NCBI GenBank assembly: GCA_973851085.1
Contig: OZ316776.1
Span: forward strand, 434,001-498,000
Length of the DNA stretch: 64,000 nucleotides
Source of the DNA: Ptychomitrium polyphyllum
Taxonomy: Eukaryota
Direction of reading: 5' to 3'
Part shown: piece by piece, positions 50,881 through 64,000 of the stretch
How positions within the stretch are numbered: the first letter of the stretch is position 1
Layout: each line of letters opens with the position of its first letter
Program-made: the position numbers and the translations under genes
The notes under the pieces: generated by a model
The model's database searches: none
What the model was told of the DNA's origin: nothing
Seen by the model: the letters and a program-made list of their open reading frames with translations, nothing else

Positions 50881-51374
50881 CCGTTCGGATTGTGAGCCGT
50901 TCTGAGTGCACGGCGCTGGAAATTGGAATTTGGAAAATGCGAGTTGTGGGGGATGGATGTGAGTGCTGCGCTTGAGTGTGTGCGTGCGCGATGTGAGTAA
51001 CGAAGTGCGCTCTGAGTCTGAGTTTTGGGGGCATGCCACCCATGACTGCCGTTCTCGGCCAGGCCTCCCCTGCTTAGCCTGCACACCCCCTTCTACACCA
51101 CCAGTTTCAAATCCGCGCACCCGCGCCCCCGCGCTTCGCGTACCCCGTTGCCGCTCTCGGCCTGACGCCTCCCCTTCCCGCATCTACCATTATCCCCTCC
51201 CTCATCTTTGCCTCCGAGTCATCCGCTGCGGTATACATCTTCTTCCGCCGGCTCACCCGGGTTCGATTGCGTTCTCCCATCTACCAAGGTCGCCACCCGT
51301 TTTGACCAGAAGTTGAAATCTTGGGCGGGCCATCGCTTCCAAAGCTGTCGTTTGCCCGCTCCGACCCGCCCGTT
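50881..51374 (-). promoter_or_regulatory. Cluster of six MSA cores (AACGG) plus a CDE/CHR-like element upstream of cyclin copy 3
   Basis: CCGTT on + at 50881, 50897, 51049, 51145, 51297, 51370. GCGCGGATTTGAAA on minus at 51118-51105. Confidence 0.6.
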
Positions 51375-51533
51375 TCCGATCTCAAATTTAAGAGTATTTC
51401 TTTTTCTTTGTCATCTGGTAGAAATGGCGAATCTGCAGCGTTCGTATATACGAGAAGGCGATGGATCGCTTTCTACTGTGCACTCAAACTTCACGTTTAC
51501 CTGCTGGTTTGATTTCCCTCTCATTTTTTTAGT

Positions 51534-51571
51534 CAGGTTCCAGGTTCCAGGTTCCAGGTTCCAGGTTCCAG
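51534..51571. repeat. (CAGGTTC)5 heptamer array
   Basis: Five perfect units upstream of cyclin copy 3. Confidence 0.9.
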
Positions 51572-54500
51572 TCCGTGAGGCTTCTTCTTTACCTTCATAA
51601 CCTGGTCCGGATCTAGGACAGGCGTAGATGTGGCAGGGACTGTACGCACCAGTCAAATTCAGTATTAATCGACTCTGCGCCCGGGTCGCTTTCTACTGCA
51701 CCGGGCGCTTTAACACTTCCAGGAGAATTATCAGGGGCTAAAAATAATCCGTTTTCTAATAGCAATCAGAAATCATTCGGGGCCCCGCTCAGGAGGGCCT
51801 TGACTTTCCGTCTTATTTTCATTATGTGTCTGGGCCTCAAGCTCTGAGGCTTCGTCGGACCCCTGAATCCCGAGCCTTACTCGTCCTGCCATTGGCTTTT
51901 TCTTTGGGTCGGCTATTCATTGGGGGGCTCCACACTAGGCGTGTTCCTCTAAGTTACTAGTAGGTCTCTCTGTCTTTTTCGAATTTTCTGCTTTCCTTTT
52001 GCTTTTGTGCTTTCCTGCCTTTTTTCGGGGTTTTCAATTTCTGTGCTGTGGGCTGTGACAGTGTGGAGGGGAGGTTGGGATGCATGTTATTTTTGAAAGG
52101 CATTTGCTGTATTGAATGGTGAGACCTCTTCGGGGCGGTTCGAGGTGGATGGTGGTGGCATGACGTCAGCCAGGATGAAGTGGAAGCTGGACTTGAAATG
52201 TGGACATCTTGGGAGGTGGAGAGTTGGAATTGTAGAATAGCCCTGAGAGTTGTGGCAGCATGTTGAATATGGGAACACACTGTGATAGTGTGGGTTTTCA
52301 ATTTAGTTTGGGTAGTGTACTTTTGGGTTCAACACCTGAATGATTCAGTAACCAGTTCATATGGAGGCACTGCATCCTCAGTTCTTTGATCCACCTGAGG
52401 ACCTGGCACTGGCTGCTGGCAACCAATACCTTGCAAGCTAAGCTTATTTGGGTGCTTTGGAGCCTTGGTTGTGCACTGTGTCACTGGAAGCCAAAAAGGA
52501 CTGGGTGACTATCTTGCAGTATTTTGTTCTTGAGGATGATATGGCAGGTTGCTGGCCTTCCTGTGTTTTTCCTTGTACAATACGATTATTCATATCTATA
52601 AAGTGTATCCATCCTAAGGTGTAGAAGCCAATCTAAGGCAATGCAAAAGTAAAAGCCAGGATGAATTTCAAAGATCAAGGAAAAGTGAAGGTGAGAATGA
52701 TTTTGGGTCAAAAATTTCTGATTAATAAGAATTTTTTCCATTGTCCTCTTAAGGCTTCCATTCTGATATAAAGGTTGAGTAGGCACAACCATGGATGCTC
52801 ATTTTGTGGTGGCAAACAAGATATGGAAAAGACACGACAACTACCTTGTGTAACTCTAACTTGAAGAATCTACAACAAATTCGTTTTGTTAAATACCTAT
52901 TATAACTTTTCACACATGGATTTAGAAAAATTTGGGATTTTTTTTAAAAATTTAAATATTGTCAAAAGGCAAATGCTCCAATTCATATCTACTTCACAAA
53001 TCATAAGCATGTCTAATAAATTTAGAAGTAGTGGACATGGTAGAAAAGAATGTTGTAAGTGAGTTGATAGAAGTCATAAATGGAAAATAAATAGTTTATA
53101 GGGATTTTGCTTTACATTATTTAAGCAAGGTTAAAGAAATTGGTAGAAAAATGGTAAGATTGTGGACAGCTTGCCATTCCATTCATTATTCTTCTTCAAA
53201 AGCAAGATGGAATAATTCACATTTAAGCAAAAGAATTCTCATTAAAAACTATTCACCATACTTCAAACCCCGAAGAATTTCTTTTAAGTATTACAACTCC
53301 AAATGAAGTGATAAGAATGGAAAATGAGAATTTTTTGTAGATTTATGATTTGCTATGGATTATTTTATTAGCAAGAATGATAATTCATAGTAGTATTCAC
53401 GTAAATGAAACAAATAATATTTAAGGATTATATGTGAAATTTGGGAGTTGTAACACATTCTAATGCCAACAAACAAAGATTATCCACTTTCACTGGTACA
53501 ATGGAAACAAAGAGAGTAAAGAAAGAAAGAAAAACAATACACAACAGAAATTGAATGATGGATATCTTTTGGCTTTGCTTGTGTCTAAGTTACAAATTTG
53601 GCAGTAGCAATGGAATAACATAGATTTGGTTCATCTCACAACTGTGCTCAATAATAAAACAAGGATTTGGAGGGTAATATTATTTGTTTTTCTAATTTTA
53701 CACATTTGAGAAACGTAATATTACACTTTGTGTTACTCAAGTATGTGTACTACTGAATACAATTTTCACAAGCTCCTATAAGTTTCTATGTTATTCTTTA
53801 TCACATATGAGTGAAATGTGATTTTTATATTGAAAAATCATCTCTATTGGAAAAAACAACTTACATTTTATTTTTATAATATGACAAAATGAGGATTATA
53901 AATGTTGTATTATTACATGTGTAGCCATATTACAGAAGTAGGTTTCAACTGAAAAGTTTGATTGCACAAAATCTACTGTAATATTGAGGTTGTTGTATAA
54001 ACAAGTGTCATATTTACAAGTTGGACTGTGGTACATTGACTCTCTAAGTACATTGACTGTCATGCTGGTGAGTGGAACCCCTGAACCGTGCTGAAGAAAC
54101 AATTCAAAAAGTTTTTAAAAAAAGAGTGTGTAGGTACACAACATTGAATTTCTGACTGATGGGTTGCAGCATTGCACTCGATCTGTCCTTTCCACAAGTA
54201 CAGCAAGTGAGAGACAAGTTCTAGCACCTCCTGACAAAAGGTTTATGTTGATGTTAGCACCCTGTCTCATCCAAATGGAATTTCAAATGAAGCAAAGGCT
54301 TCATAACTCAAAGGGCCTGATGGATCCAGCATACATGGAAAAGACATCATAGGTTGTGTAAAGTGACTTCAGTGGAAGCCATTTGAATGAGGGCATCATT
54401 GGGTATCATCACAATTTATTCATGCTAAGGAGAGCACGAGTGTCCACATTTGAATATGGCTGGCATGTTCATTTATTTATATGAATGTTCACAATCCTCT

Positions 54501-57500
54501 AAAGAGGAATATGGATTGCCAGTAATAATATAAAGCTCTGGAATAGTTAAAAGCAGGAGCTTAAGTGTGACAGAACCGTCCCAATTGATGGGAATGATGA
54601 ATTTGATATAATTCCAGAGCAAGTTTTGCAGACAGAATGAGTTCTACTCCTAACAGTTTGAACTCCATGAGCAGTGAATGGACATTACATGCCACACTGT
54701 GGCAGATTTGAATCAAAGAATCCATTACACATGAAGTGGTGTCTGTCTGTGCATTTGAACTTAGAGTTGTTGCTTAACTTTAGTTGGGCTTTACACTACA
54801 ATTGCACATGGCCCATTTCATTCAATGAATGCATGAACTTATTGGGTCTGCTGCTTGGGTGACCCCAGTGAGTGCAAAAACAGGCCAACATGTTTGCACA
54901 AGTGTATGGGAGTATTATGGGGCATATCTTCTGTAGCGGAGAGTCAGTGACAAACAGCAAGCTGGACACCAGTTAATTGTCTAAACATGGTTGAGAGCTT
55001 CAGCTACTTTTTAAAATTCCCTTTGGTGAAGTCTGTATTGGCATGCTCTGTTCTTGTTGGAAGTAAAGCTTTTCAAAAACAAGTCCCCTTTGTTATTGTA
55101 GCAAGTCCACATCATGGCGGACAACTCACATGAATTGTTATTGTATATGAACAAGAGCTATTATAATGTAAATCATTTTTATTTTTACCGTAATTTCTAC
55201 TTATATTGTAATGTTGAATTTCATAAGGAAAATTTATGTTGCCAACAAGTGTAAATACCTTACAGCCACCCCTTCTCAACTTAAATCCCAGACCTCAAGC
55301 AACCAAATCCCATCTTCAAAGCAGCCACCATCTTCTTTGCTAGCTAAGTAATTTCAATCTTTTAAACCATAACCTTATCTCTGCATTTGAAATGCTCAAC
55401 AAGATAGAAGTGAATTTCTCAAAAGCGGTCCAGAATTTGGAGCTATACACATGGACAATCTTCTTTTAAGTGTCTTAATAGTGATGAAGCAAATAATAAA
55501 TAAGAATAAGAATGAAGAAGAAGGCAGCCACAAATTACAATACACATCATAACCTGTCAAGAACAATTACCAAACAATAAACTTATATGGTAATGAATAA
55601 GGCAATATTGGAATGGGATGCATGGAATGAGCCAAACATTGAGGGGAAATGAAAGGGTTTGTTATCCAAACCTCCAATAAAGAGTAATTATCACAAAATC
55701 ACAATAATTTAAATTAAAATATAATTATGGCACACAATCAATTGATTAAAAAAGTTCATCTTATAATTTAACATATGTAGTTGAACATTTCAAATCCAAA
55801 AATCAAACTATTGCCAAAAGGAAGTTCATTGGATTTTTTTTAAATTTTTTTTATAAAGAATCAAAATCAATGATGATTTAAAATAATTGGAATTCTTTAT
55901 TCATTTGAAAATGGTCTATTTAGCAACTTCAAAAAAAAAAATACCACATGTGTAAAGCAAGGGGTAGTTTTTTTATTCAATTAATGCTTTACATTTCCAA
56001 AGTGCTTTTTAAAGCAATTATTCTAGAAGCATCAAAAATTAAATTAAACTAATTAAAATACTTATCTATAAATAAAAGAGAAATAATTATTTATTTATTT
56101 ATTCATCTTTGGTGTAACTAAGCCTTGTTTCTACTAATGCACAACAATAGAATATGATATTTTTAACATGATGTACTAAAATACCCTTTTGAAAACAACA
56201 TATACATAAGATGAATTGCACAAGTTTACATTATCATTCTCAAAATGTGGCACTTATCAAGAATTATTTTATAGAAGATAATTTAGTTTTAAATAGCCAC
56301 AAAAGAGCATTATGAAGAGCTACAAAGTGATACAATGTTTTTGTAATTTAACAAATTGCTTATAAGATGTTTATTTAATATTTTCAAATTATTTTTGAGT
56401 ATTGATTTAAAGCACAAATTTCATTTATGATGTAAAATTGTATGTTCTATAAGTTAAAATCCATAGTATTAGCATGTCAAGAGATCCCACAAATTTGTAT
56501 AAACGCACCTTCAAAATTATTTAAAATCTTTTGTGATGGATTCATTTGTAATTTTAATCAATTAGAATTTAATTTAGGTTGATTTTTTTTTAATATTGTA
56601 GCTTTTTTTAAATCAAAAGACTAATGTTATTAGTTTTTATTGGATTACAACTTATTGAATAATTATTTATTTAATTATTCATATTCCATTTATAAATTCT
56701 TTGCCAAAGTTAATTTGAATTTTGACAAGATATCTTTCTTTTCATTTTTAAAAATATTTTATTGTTCATAAATTATAAATAATATGCCTTAAATTGTAAG
56801 GTATTGCATAAACTTTTTGATTGGTACTATAGGGTGATACGTACTTTTTATTGCCATACTTTGAAAAGGGATAATTTCTTTTTGATAATATAATGTTTTA
56901 GAATTAGCTAGTAGCAAATATGTTGTTTTCTACAAAAAAAAAAGGCCTTCATTGAATTTCTTTCTTAATTTGAAGAAGTTTATAAAATTTATAAGTATTT
57001 GGAAAAACTAGAACAAAAGAATATAAAATTTTAAAAAGACTTATTAGTTCATGTCAATTTCATTTGATTCCACACAAATCCTTTAAATGACACATACAAT
57101 TCTATCCAATCCATTAGAGAACACAAACAACTTTTGTACTTTTTATTGTCATTAAAAGACGGCTTAAAAATCCTATGGATTCCCATAAGACAATTAAAAC
57201 AAATCTTAATTGGTCATAAATGATCTCAATTTATTCTTTACCTAGCTCAAGGCTTCTCTGCAACAGAAAACATGGCAAACTCTATCCACCTCACACAAAC
57301 AAATAATCATCAAATAGAAATAAAAATCATGCATTGTAGATTGTGACGATATATTGTACTTAAGATTTTGACAAAAGAAGAATTCACAAGATTGTTGTGC
57401 TGTTAGAGTGTATGGCTTTGTGGAGTGCTACAAAATGCTAGGTCCACCAAGGCCATGGATGGTTGCGTATGCGATCCACTCTTTTATGAAAGAGAATCAA

Positions 57501-60500
57501 CCCCTATGGTGGTATACATATGTACTGTATCTGACTCAACGCTGAGTCCCACTACTCTAAAATTGGGTTCAGAGTGAGGCTTTTCAAACACTCTTGCACA
57601 GTGCGTGATTTCTTGAAGCACCTGGTAACCTAACGTCAACACTGAATCCGTAGATGAGCTGACTCTTGATTGGAATGCCAGACCTTCTCGAGCAGTGTTA
57701 AAGTTTTGTCCTGCTCCAAACCTCCCTATGTTGTGCAATGAAATCTTTCTTCTGAAGTACCTACTTCTATATTATTCAGTTGCCACAATTTTCTACCTTC
57801 TTCAAATTTCTGGGAACAATGTTGTTGTGAGTGCTGCCACTAACTTGTTTTGAAGTTCAAGCAGCTGGAAACATTGCCAATGCTGTAAAAGATGCAAAAG
57901 TCAATGCACACTCATTGCCAACTGTAAAATTGCCACCTAATGCTGACAATTTTCTTGAGTTGATCTTGAAAATCTGGGATGCACAAAACCCTAAAAGTTA
58001 TACATTGCAACACTTCCTGACATGCACCATGTAAAATGAAGTATTCAAGAACGGAGAATTTATGATTTATAAACATGAATATTTCACATAATGTTCTTTT
58101 GTAGAGGTGATTGGTCACTCTAAGGAAGTTGAAGCCCTTCTACTCCTTATTCCATTTAATGTGGTTATTCACTTGGTACTTATGGTATCACGTAATCAAA
58201 GGATCAAGTTATTCATTGCTAAAGAGTATTGCGCAAGATGGATCCCATTAAGTATATAAATTACAATCTAGTTCTTCTTTATAAGCTCTTCAATTTAATC
58301 AAAAAATGCATCAATTTTTTTTGAGATTAGAAATGAAAACTTAGTATTGTATATGCAATAAAATTTCTTTTAAGACGTGCATTGACTCATTTCTAAAGTG
58401 TTTTAAAATGTTTTTGGATTATAATTTATTTATGTCTAACTTTTCCAAAATAGAAATCAAACATGTTTCCTTCTATTTTAATACATTTATAAAAAATATT
58501 TTTAAAAAGCTAAAAAACCATGCCTTCATTTATGCTTGGTACTATATCAAACAACCTTATCTAATATCCTTAAATATGAAGATTATTTCTTAATGTAATA
58601 CTTTTATCAAAAAACTAATTGTTTATCGACTTACAAGAAAAATCAAGAAATTACAAGGCTACTATATAATACCACCTACATACAATTAAGATTAATATTC
58701 ATGCTTTTTGCTCATACAATTTACAAGCTCTTGTGATTCTTAATATATCAAAAAAAAATTTAATTGAAATATAATTTGATGAATATTACCTCAAGAAGTA
58801 AGACTTAAATGTAACCATTCTATTATTTAATTTTTGTAATCTTGCACATTCTTACATTGTACTTATACTTACATTTTTTAGTACAAGTACTTAATGTGTT
58901 TTAATTTATTGTAATTCTAAAATAAAATAAAATAAAATATCAAATTGAAATTTTGTAATCAAAAAGTTGTAAAAAATCTTTAGAAAATTTATTTAATATG
59001 CCAAGTGCATGCAGCAATTATAAGATTTAGCAAAAGAATGAAAAGAATTAGTTGAACATGTAACAAGTTACATTAAGGTTTGTAACTTAATACACATGGT
59101 AAAAAAACAAATATAAGAACAAAATTTATAAAGGAAAAGAAGGAAGAATAACACTGATAGTAGAAAAATATAATTTCCAAAATATTATCTATCAACCTCT
59201 CAAATTAGCCAATAATCACATCTTACTAAAAAATAGAATATTGTAGGATTTTTATTTGGCACATTATTCTTTACTAAGAATATTAAGGATTGATTTTTGT
59301 TTAACAACTTATGTTATTTTTTAATACCAACTTAAACATTTTGAATAAGGTGTTCATCAAATTTGTATTAAATTTTTGTTCTACAAATTAAAACATACTT
59401 AATGTTTTATTACACTAGTTTTAATAAATTTTTCAAAATAAAGTCCTTATATGACAATGTCTTCAAATTGTTATAAAATATAAAGACACATTTTTATTGT
59501 AGAAAAAATACTCTATTACTAAAGCAAAATTAACAATAAAATATGTTTAATACTTAAAGTGTGCAATTTTAAGGTTTTCATTCACATGCTTTGGTCATTG
59601 CTAAAGATTTGGACTTTAAATTTGACAAAAGATGTATCCAGTTTTAATTACTTTATAATCAAATAGGACATATATAATTATCCAAAGAAGCTTCTACAAG
59701 TAGTATTTTAGCCTTCAAATATTAAATATGATTTTTAAAATCAACTTCAATAAAATAAAATTTTAAAATCAACATAACAAATTTTGCAAATGATTCTATA
59801 TTAATAAAAAAAATTAGGAAATAATCTATTTGAAATTTAAAAATATAAACGGAATGTTTTTATTTTGATAATTCAATAGGACAAACAATGCATTTAAATC
59901 AAATTGATTAAAATTGCAATACTTTATAACCTCTTACGTCACTAAAAATCAATTAAATGCTTTACACAAATAATGGTTAAAAGATAAATATTAATACTTC
60001 TACATAAATACATCACTTAAGTGATAAAAAAACATGAATGGAATTATAGGCAACATTTTACTTCCATGGATGGATTATAATTAATTATAAAATCCAAGAG
60101 TATTATCTATGGATTCCAAGGGAATTAATTATGGATTTTAGGAGAGTTAAGTATGGACTGTGTAATAAAAAGAAATTGTAGGCTTTTAAAACAATAGAAA
60201 TGACTAATATTTAAAACACTAAATCCAACAAAAATTTCAATAAGATCCAACTTTTATAATCAATGAAAAAATATTACATTTATTGCAAGGATGTTCAAAT
60301 CTCATTGTTGTTGCAAAACCTCATTTTTAATTACTGTATTTTAATTATTCTTCCAAAAGATAATCTAAACTTATATTTAAAATGTAACAAAAGCAAATTT
60401 AGGTGCATATTCTAAAATAATCTTTTGCTAGCAAGATCCTTTACATAATTACTACAAAAACATCTAAATTACATGTTTTTGAGTAAAATTACTTAAAAGA

Positions 60501-61545
60501 TATGATTTTCCTCACATATCTATTTGTAATACAAAAGTGTAAGTAAAAATAATAAAAAATAATATAGAACAAGAAAAGTGTAATATATATATTTTATAGC
60601 AAGGATTGAATACATTGAATTTTTTTGAAACAATTATATTATAATTTTTGTATTTTTAAATTTTAATTAATTTAATTAATTAAAAAATATGCAAATAAGA
60701 CTTTTAGCTTTTTCTCATCCATGACCTTGGTGGACTTAGCATTTGGTAGCACTCAATAAGTCATTAATTCTAAAAGTACAACAATCCTCTAAAAGCATAA
60801 TAATTTTGAAAATACAAATGCTTGTTGTTATGGAAAACTACAAAAACTACCATGATAGCATTGTTTCACATTCTTCATTATATATTGCAAACTTAAAGTC
60901 CAAAGCATATTTAGATTTGAAATTCCGTCATGTTAAGAATTGTGGTGTTTTAGATCCCATCAACTTAAAAAATCCATAGATAATGGACCTTGGAGTTTAT
61001 ATTAAAAAAATAAAATATCAGCTTATCTAAAGTTTTTTATTTGTGCATAAAGGGATAATTTTGTCTTCTTATTTGTTAAAAATATAAAATATAACATCTA
61101 ATAATCTATTTTGGACATGAAATGATTTAAAAACAAAATGATTAACGTGCATGACTACTTGTCAAAAATAAAAAAAGCTTTTTCTACATTGAATTAAGGA
61201 AAATGAAACAAATTAATGTTGTATCAATGTAGTAGAAGTCATTAGTTGAAATTGTAGGTATTTTAGGTTCCATTGTTTATCAATGCTTAAAAACTAATTT
61301 CCTAAACTCCTTGCTTCCAAAAAGAAGTCTCTATTTAGAAATTCCAAATGTTTAGTATCCATAAAGGCATGAGTAAAAGTTTTCCAAAGTTATTGCATTG
61401 TGTTCATCATGTTATGCCATGTGATGTGATGTTATGTTATGTTATGCATGATGCATACAAGCAATAACCAAGCACATGAGCTGCAGTCAGTAAGAGCTTG
61501 CAAAGGACATTTCACAATTCTCGGTAACTCGATGTCGATGCACGA

Positions 61546-61575
61546 AACCCTAAAACCCTTGTCGTTGAAACCCTA
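61546..61575 (+). promoter_or_regulatory. Telo-box cluster (AAACCCTA) at the start of a GC-richer island
   Basis: aaaccctaaaaccct...gaaacccta, followed by a G-box cacgtg. Confidence 0.5.
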
Positions 61576-63502
61576 CACGTGAAGGAGCGATGGAGCCTTC
61601 ACTGCATTGCCGCAGTTGCGACCTTGCAGGTCGCATCGATTGGTGCTGCCATCCAACCTTCCCCTCGTGAGTGCCGTTCTCAGGAGCTTTCACAAACTCG
61701 TTTTCATCCACGGCCGTTGTCTTCTTGAATCCCGAACTTGGAGAAGCCCTAAGCTCATTGCGCTCGTAACGCCGTACGGAAATCGCATCATATTGTGAGT
61801 TAAGTTACAGAATTGCAAGGAGCCGTACAGTAGAACTGGTTTGAAGAAGATGCAGAGGCGTTGTTACGAGAAAGCTCTCTCTTTGAACATCATGGTAGTG
61901 TGATTGTACGCACATTTGAAATTGGAGTTCGTTACTGTGATCCGGCGAGGGTCATCTCTGAGGTGAGGTTCAGAAGCGAGAGAGGTGAGGCGGTGGTAGG
62001 ATCATGGAGGTTTTCCGTGAGCAGAGATGAATGTTTCGGATTGTGATGATCTTGCGGCAAGCTAGCGTAGGTAGTTCTGTAAAAATTCAGAAAGAGGTTT
62101 GTGGCCGTTATCTTCTGACGACGAGCGATCTCTCGAGCATAGATCAACGAATTTGACGCTTTCTGAGCTCAGGCACCCGACCGCTTGTGTGTGAGATGCG
62201 TGTGAAGTTAGTTTGGAGGAGATCGGGTGAATCAAATTTGACGTGCAAGCTCGAGAGGCCGGCAAGGTCTGACTCGTACCTGCTGCGCGGCCACGGTTTC
62301 GAAAGTGCACCAGAAGTGGCAGCACACACCAAGCGAACCGTGTGAGAGCTGGTACCACGCCGGTACTGTCGCACCTCGCCCCTGCACTTCCTGCCTTCGC
62401 AGATCTACGGCGCTTGGCAGCCTGCGCATTGGAGAGGTGGCGCGATTTTAACCAGCAGATGTTCATGCATATCATGCATTCCAGCTTATGATGAAGAAGA
62501 AGAAGTGGCACAAGAAGCTCACATTCAAAAAGACGACTTCTCTTCAACGGCACCGTGAGCTTCGACGCTTTCAATACCCGTTGCAACACACGCGTTAGCT
62601 AAAATTCAAACACCGAAATTCCGTGCCTGTTTATTGGAGCGGAATAGGTATATCCCTGATACATCACTCCTACTTTCACTGGGAATTCAATTCCAAGCTT
62701 AAAATGGTGAAGGAAACTCTCATCACAGCAAATTATATGCATACTAATTGGGTATGGTCGGTTCCTCAAAGTACTGCTCAAAGTAAAACAAATTCCTGGC
62801 GACTCGTCGTATGTTTAGCAGGTCATGGAAAAATAAACGGACATGAACTGTTGGCGACTGCAGCATAGAATTAAACAATGAGAGGTAGAGAGAGCGTGAG
62901 ACGTAAAGGGAATGTTAGCTGCAATTGCAAGGAGACAAGGCCACCTCAAGCAAATCACAATCACAAAAGTTCTCAAACCCTGAAGAGGTCTAAGTGCAGA
63001 CTACTATGCTCATGCTTTGAGGTTTGATTTTCCTTGACGAACACCCTAGGTGTTCGTCAAAGACATGAAACCATTGTGAGCTTTTTCTATTATTAGTTGA
63101 TACCTTGGAGGTTGCTTGCGACTAGAGCTGGGTCATATAAACCACGTGGGCAGACAAGGAAGAAAAAGAACTGGAATATGCCGCCAAACAAAGTGGAAAA
63201 TTAATATTATCCGAGGTGAGCGTAATCGCTTCATTTGCGGTGCCGTTTGTGGAGTGCGGGAGTGCTGGCGCTCGGGAATTGGGCCACTCGGATAAACTTC
63301 CCCTTGCGTTCCTTATAAGTAGGCGCATCATGTTTATAGTTGATCTGCCGCGCAGCTCGTTTCAGTCCCGCGCCGCCGAATTTCGAAGGGCTAGAGGATC
63401 TGAGAATTTATCAGTCACCTATTTTGGCAGTTTACTTTGGTTCAGAATTGCGATTCCGGTCCGAGGTTGAGGAATTGGCGAAGTGGGTTTCGTGAGGAAT
63501 GA

Positions 63503-64000
<498 letters not shown>

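Noticed and set aside
50166..51316. Several 100-218 aa ORFs upstream of cyclin copy 3
   Set aside because: Low-complexity products of the skewed, GC-rich leader/promoter.
61546..61620. Telomerase RNA template candidate
   Set aside because: The motif is AAACCCTAAAACCCT (extra A) and I see no snRNA-type USE/TATA upstream. An ordinary telo-box is simpler.

Overview
Eukaryotic plant DNA, most consistent with a moss (inference from GC-rich gene islands in very AT-rich, CpG-poor intergenic DNA, spliced genes and Ty3/gypsy debris). Genes: the 5' part of a GPI ethanolamine-phosphate transferase 1 (PIGN/MCD4, minus strand); three A-type cyclin genes (two + strand copies in an apparently identical ~4 kb segment repeated 13,718 bp apart, plus a diverged minus-strand paralogue); and the first exon of a monodehydroascorbate reductase. 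6-17 kb is a three-level nest of LTR retrotransposons: an old PHD-finger gypsy, interrupted by a chromovirus with a Tf1-like self-priming signature, interrupted in turn by tandem solo LTRs. The cyclin cluster is the most interesting part. It shows an apparent gene-conversion tract inside an old duplication, strong GC enrichment of the converted pair, almost non-overlapping intron sets between paralogues, a shared 5-codon MCV uORF and different promoter motifs. All alignments were done by eye, and exon boundaries are inferred from GT/AG sites plus protein homology.
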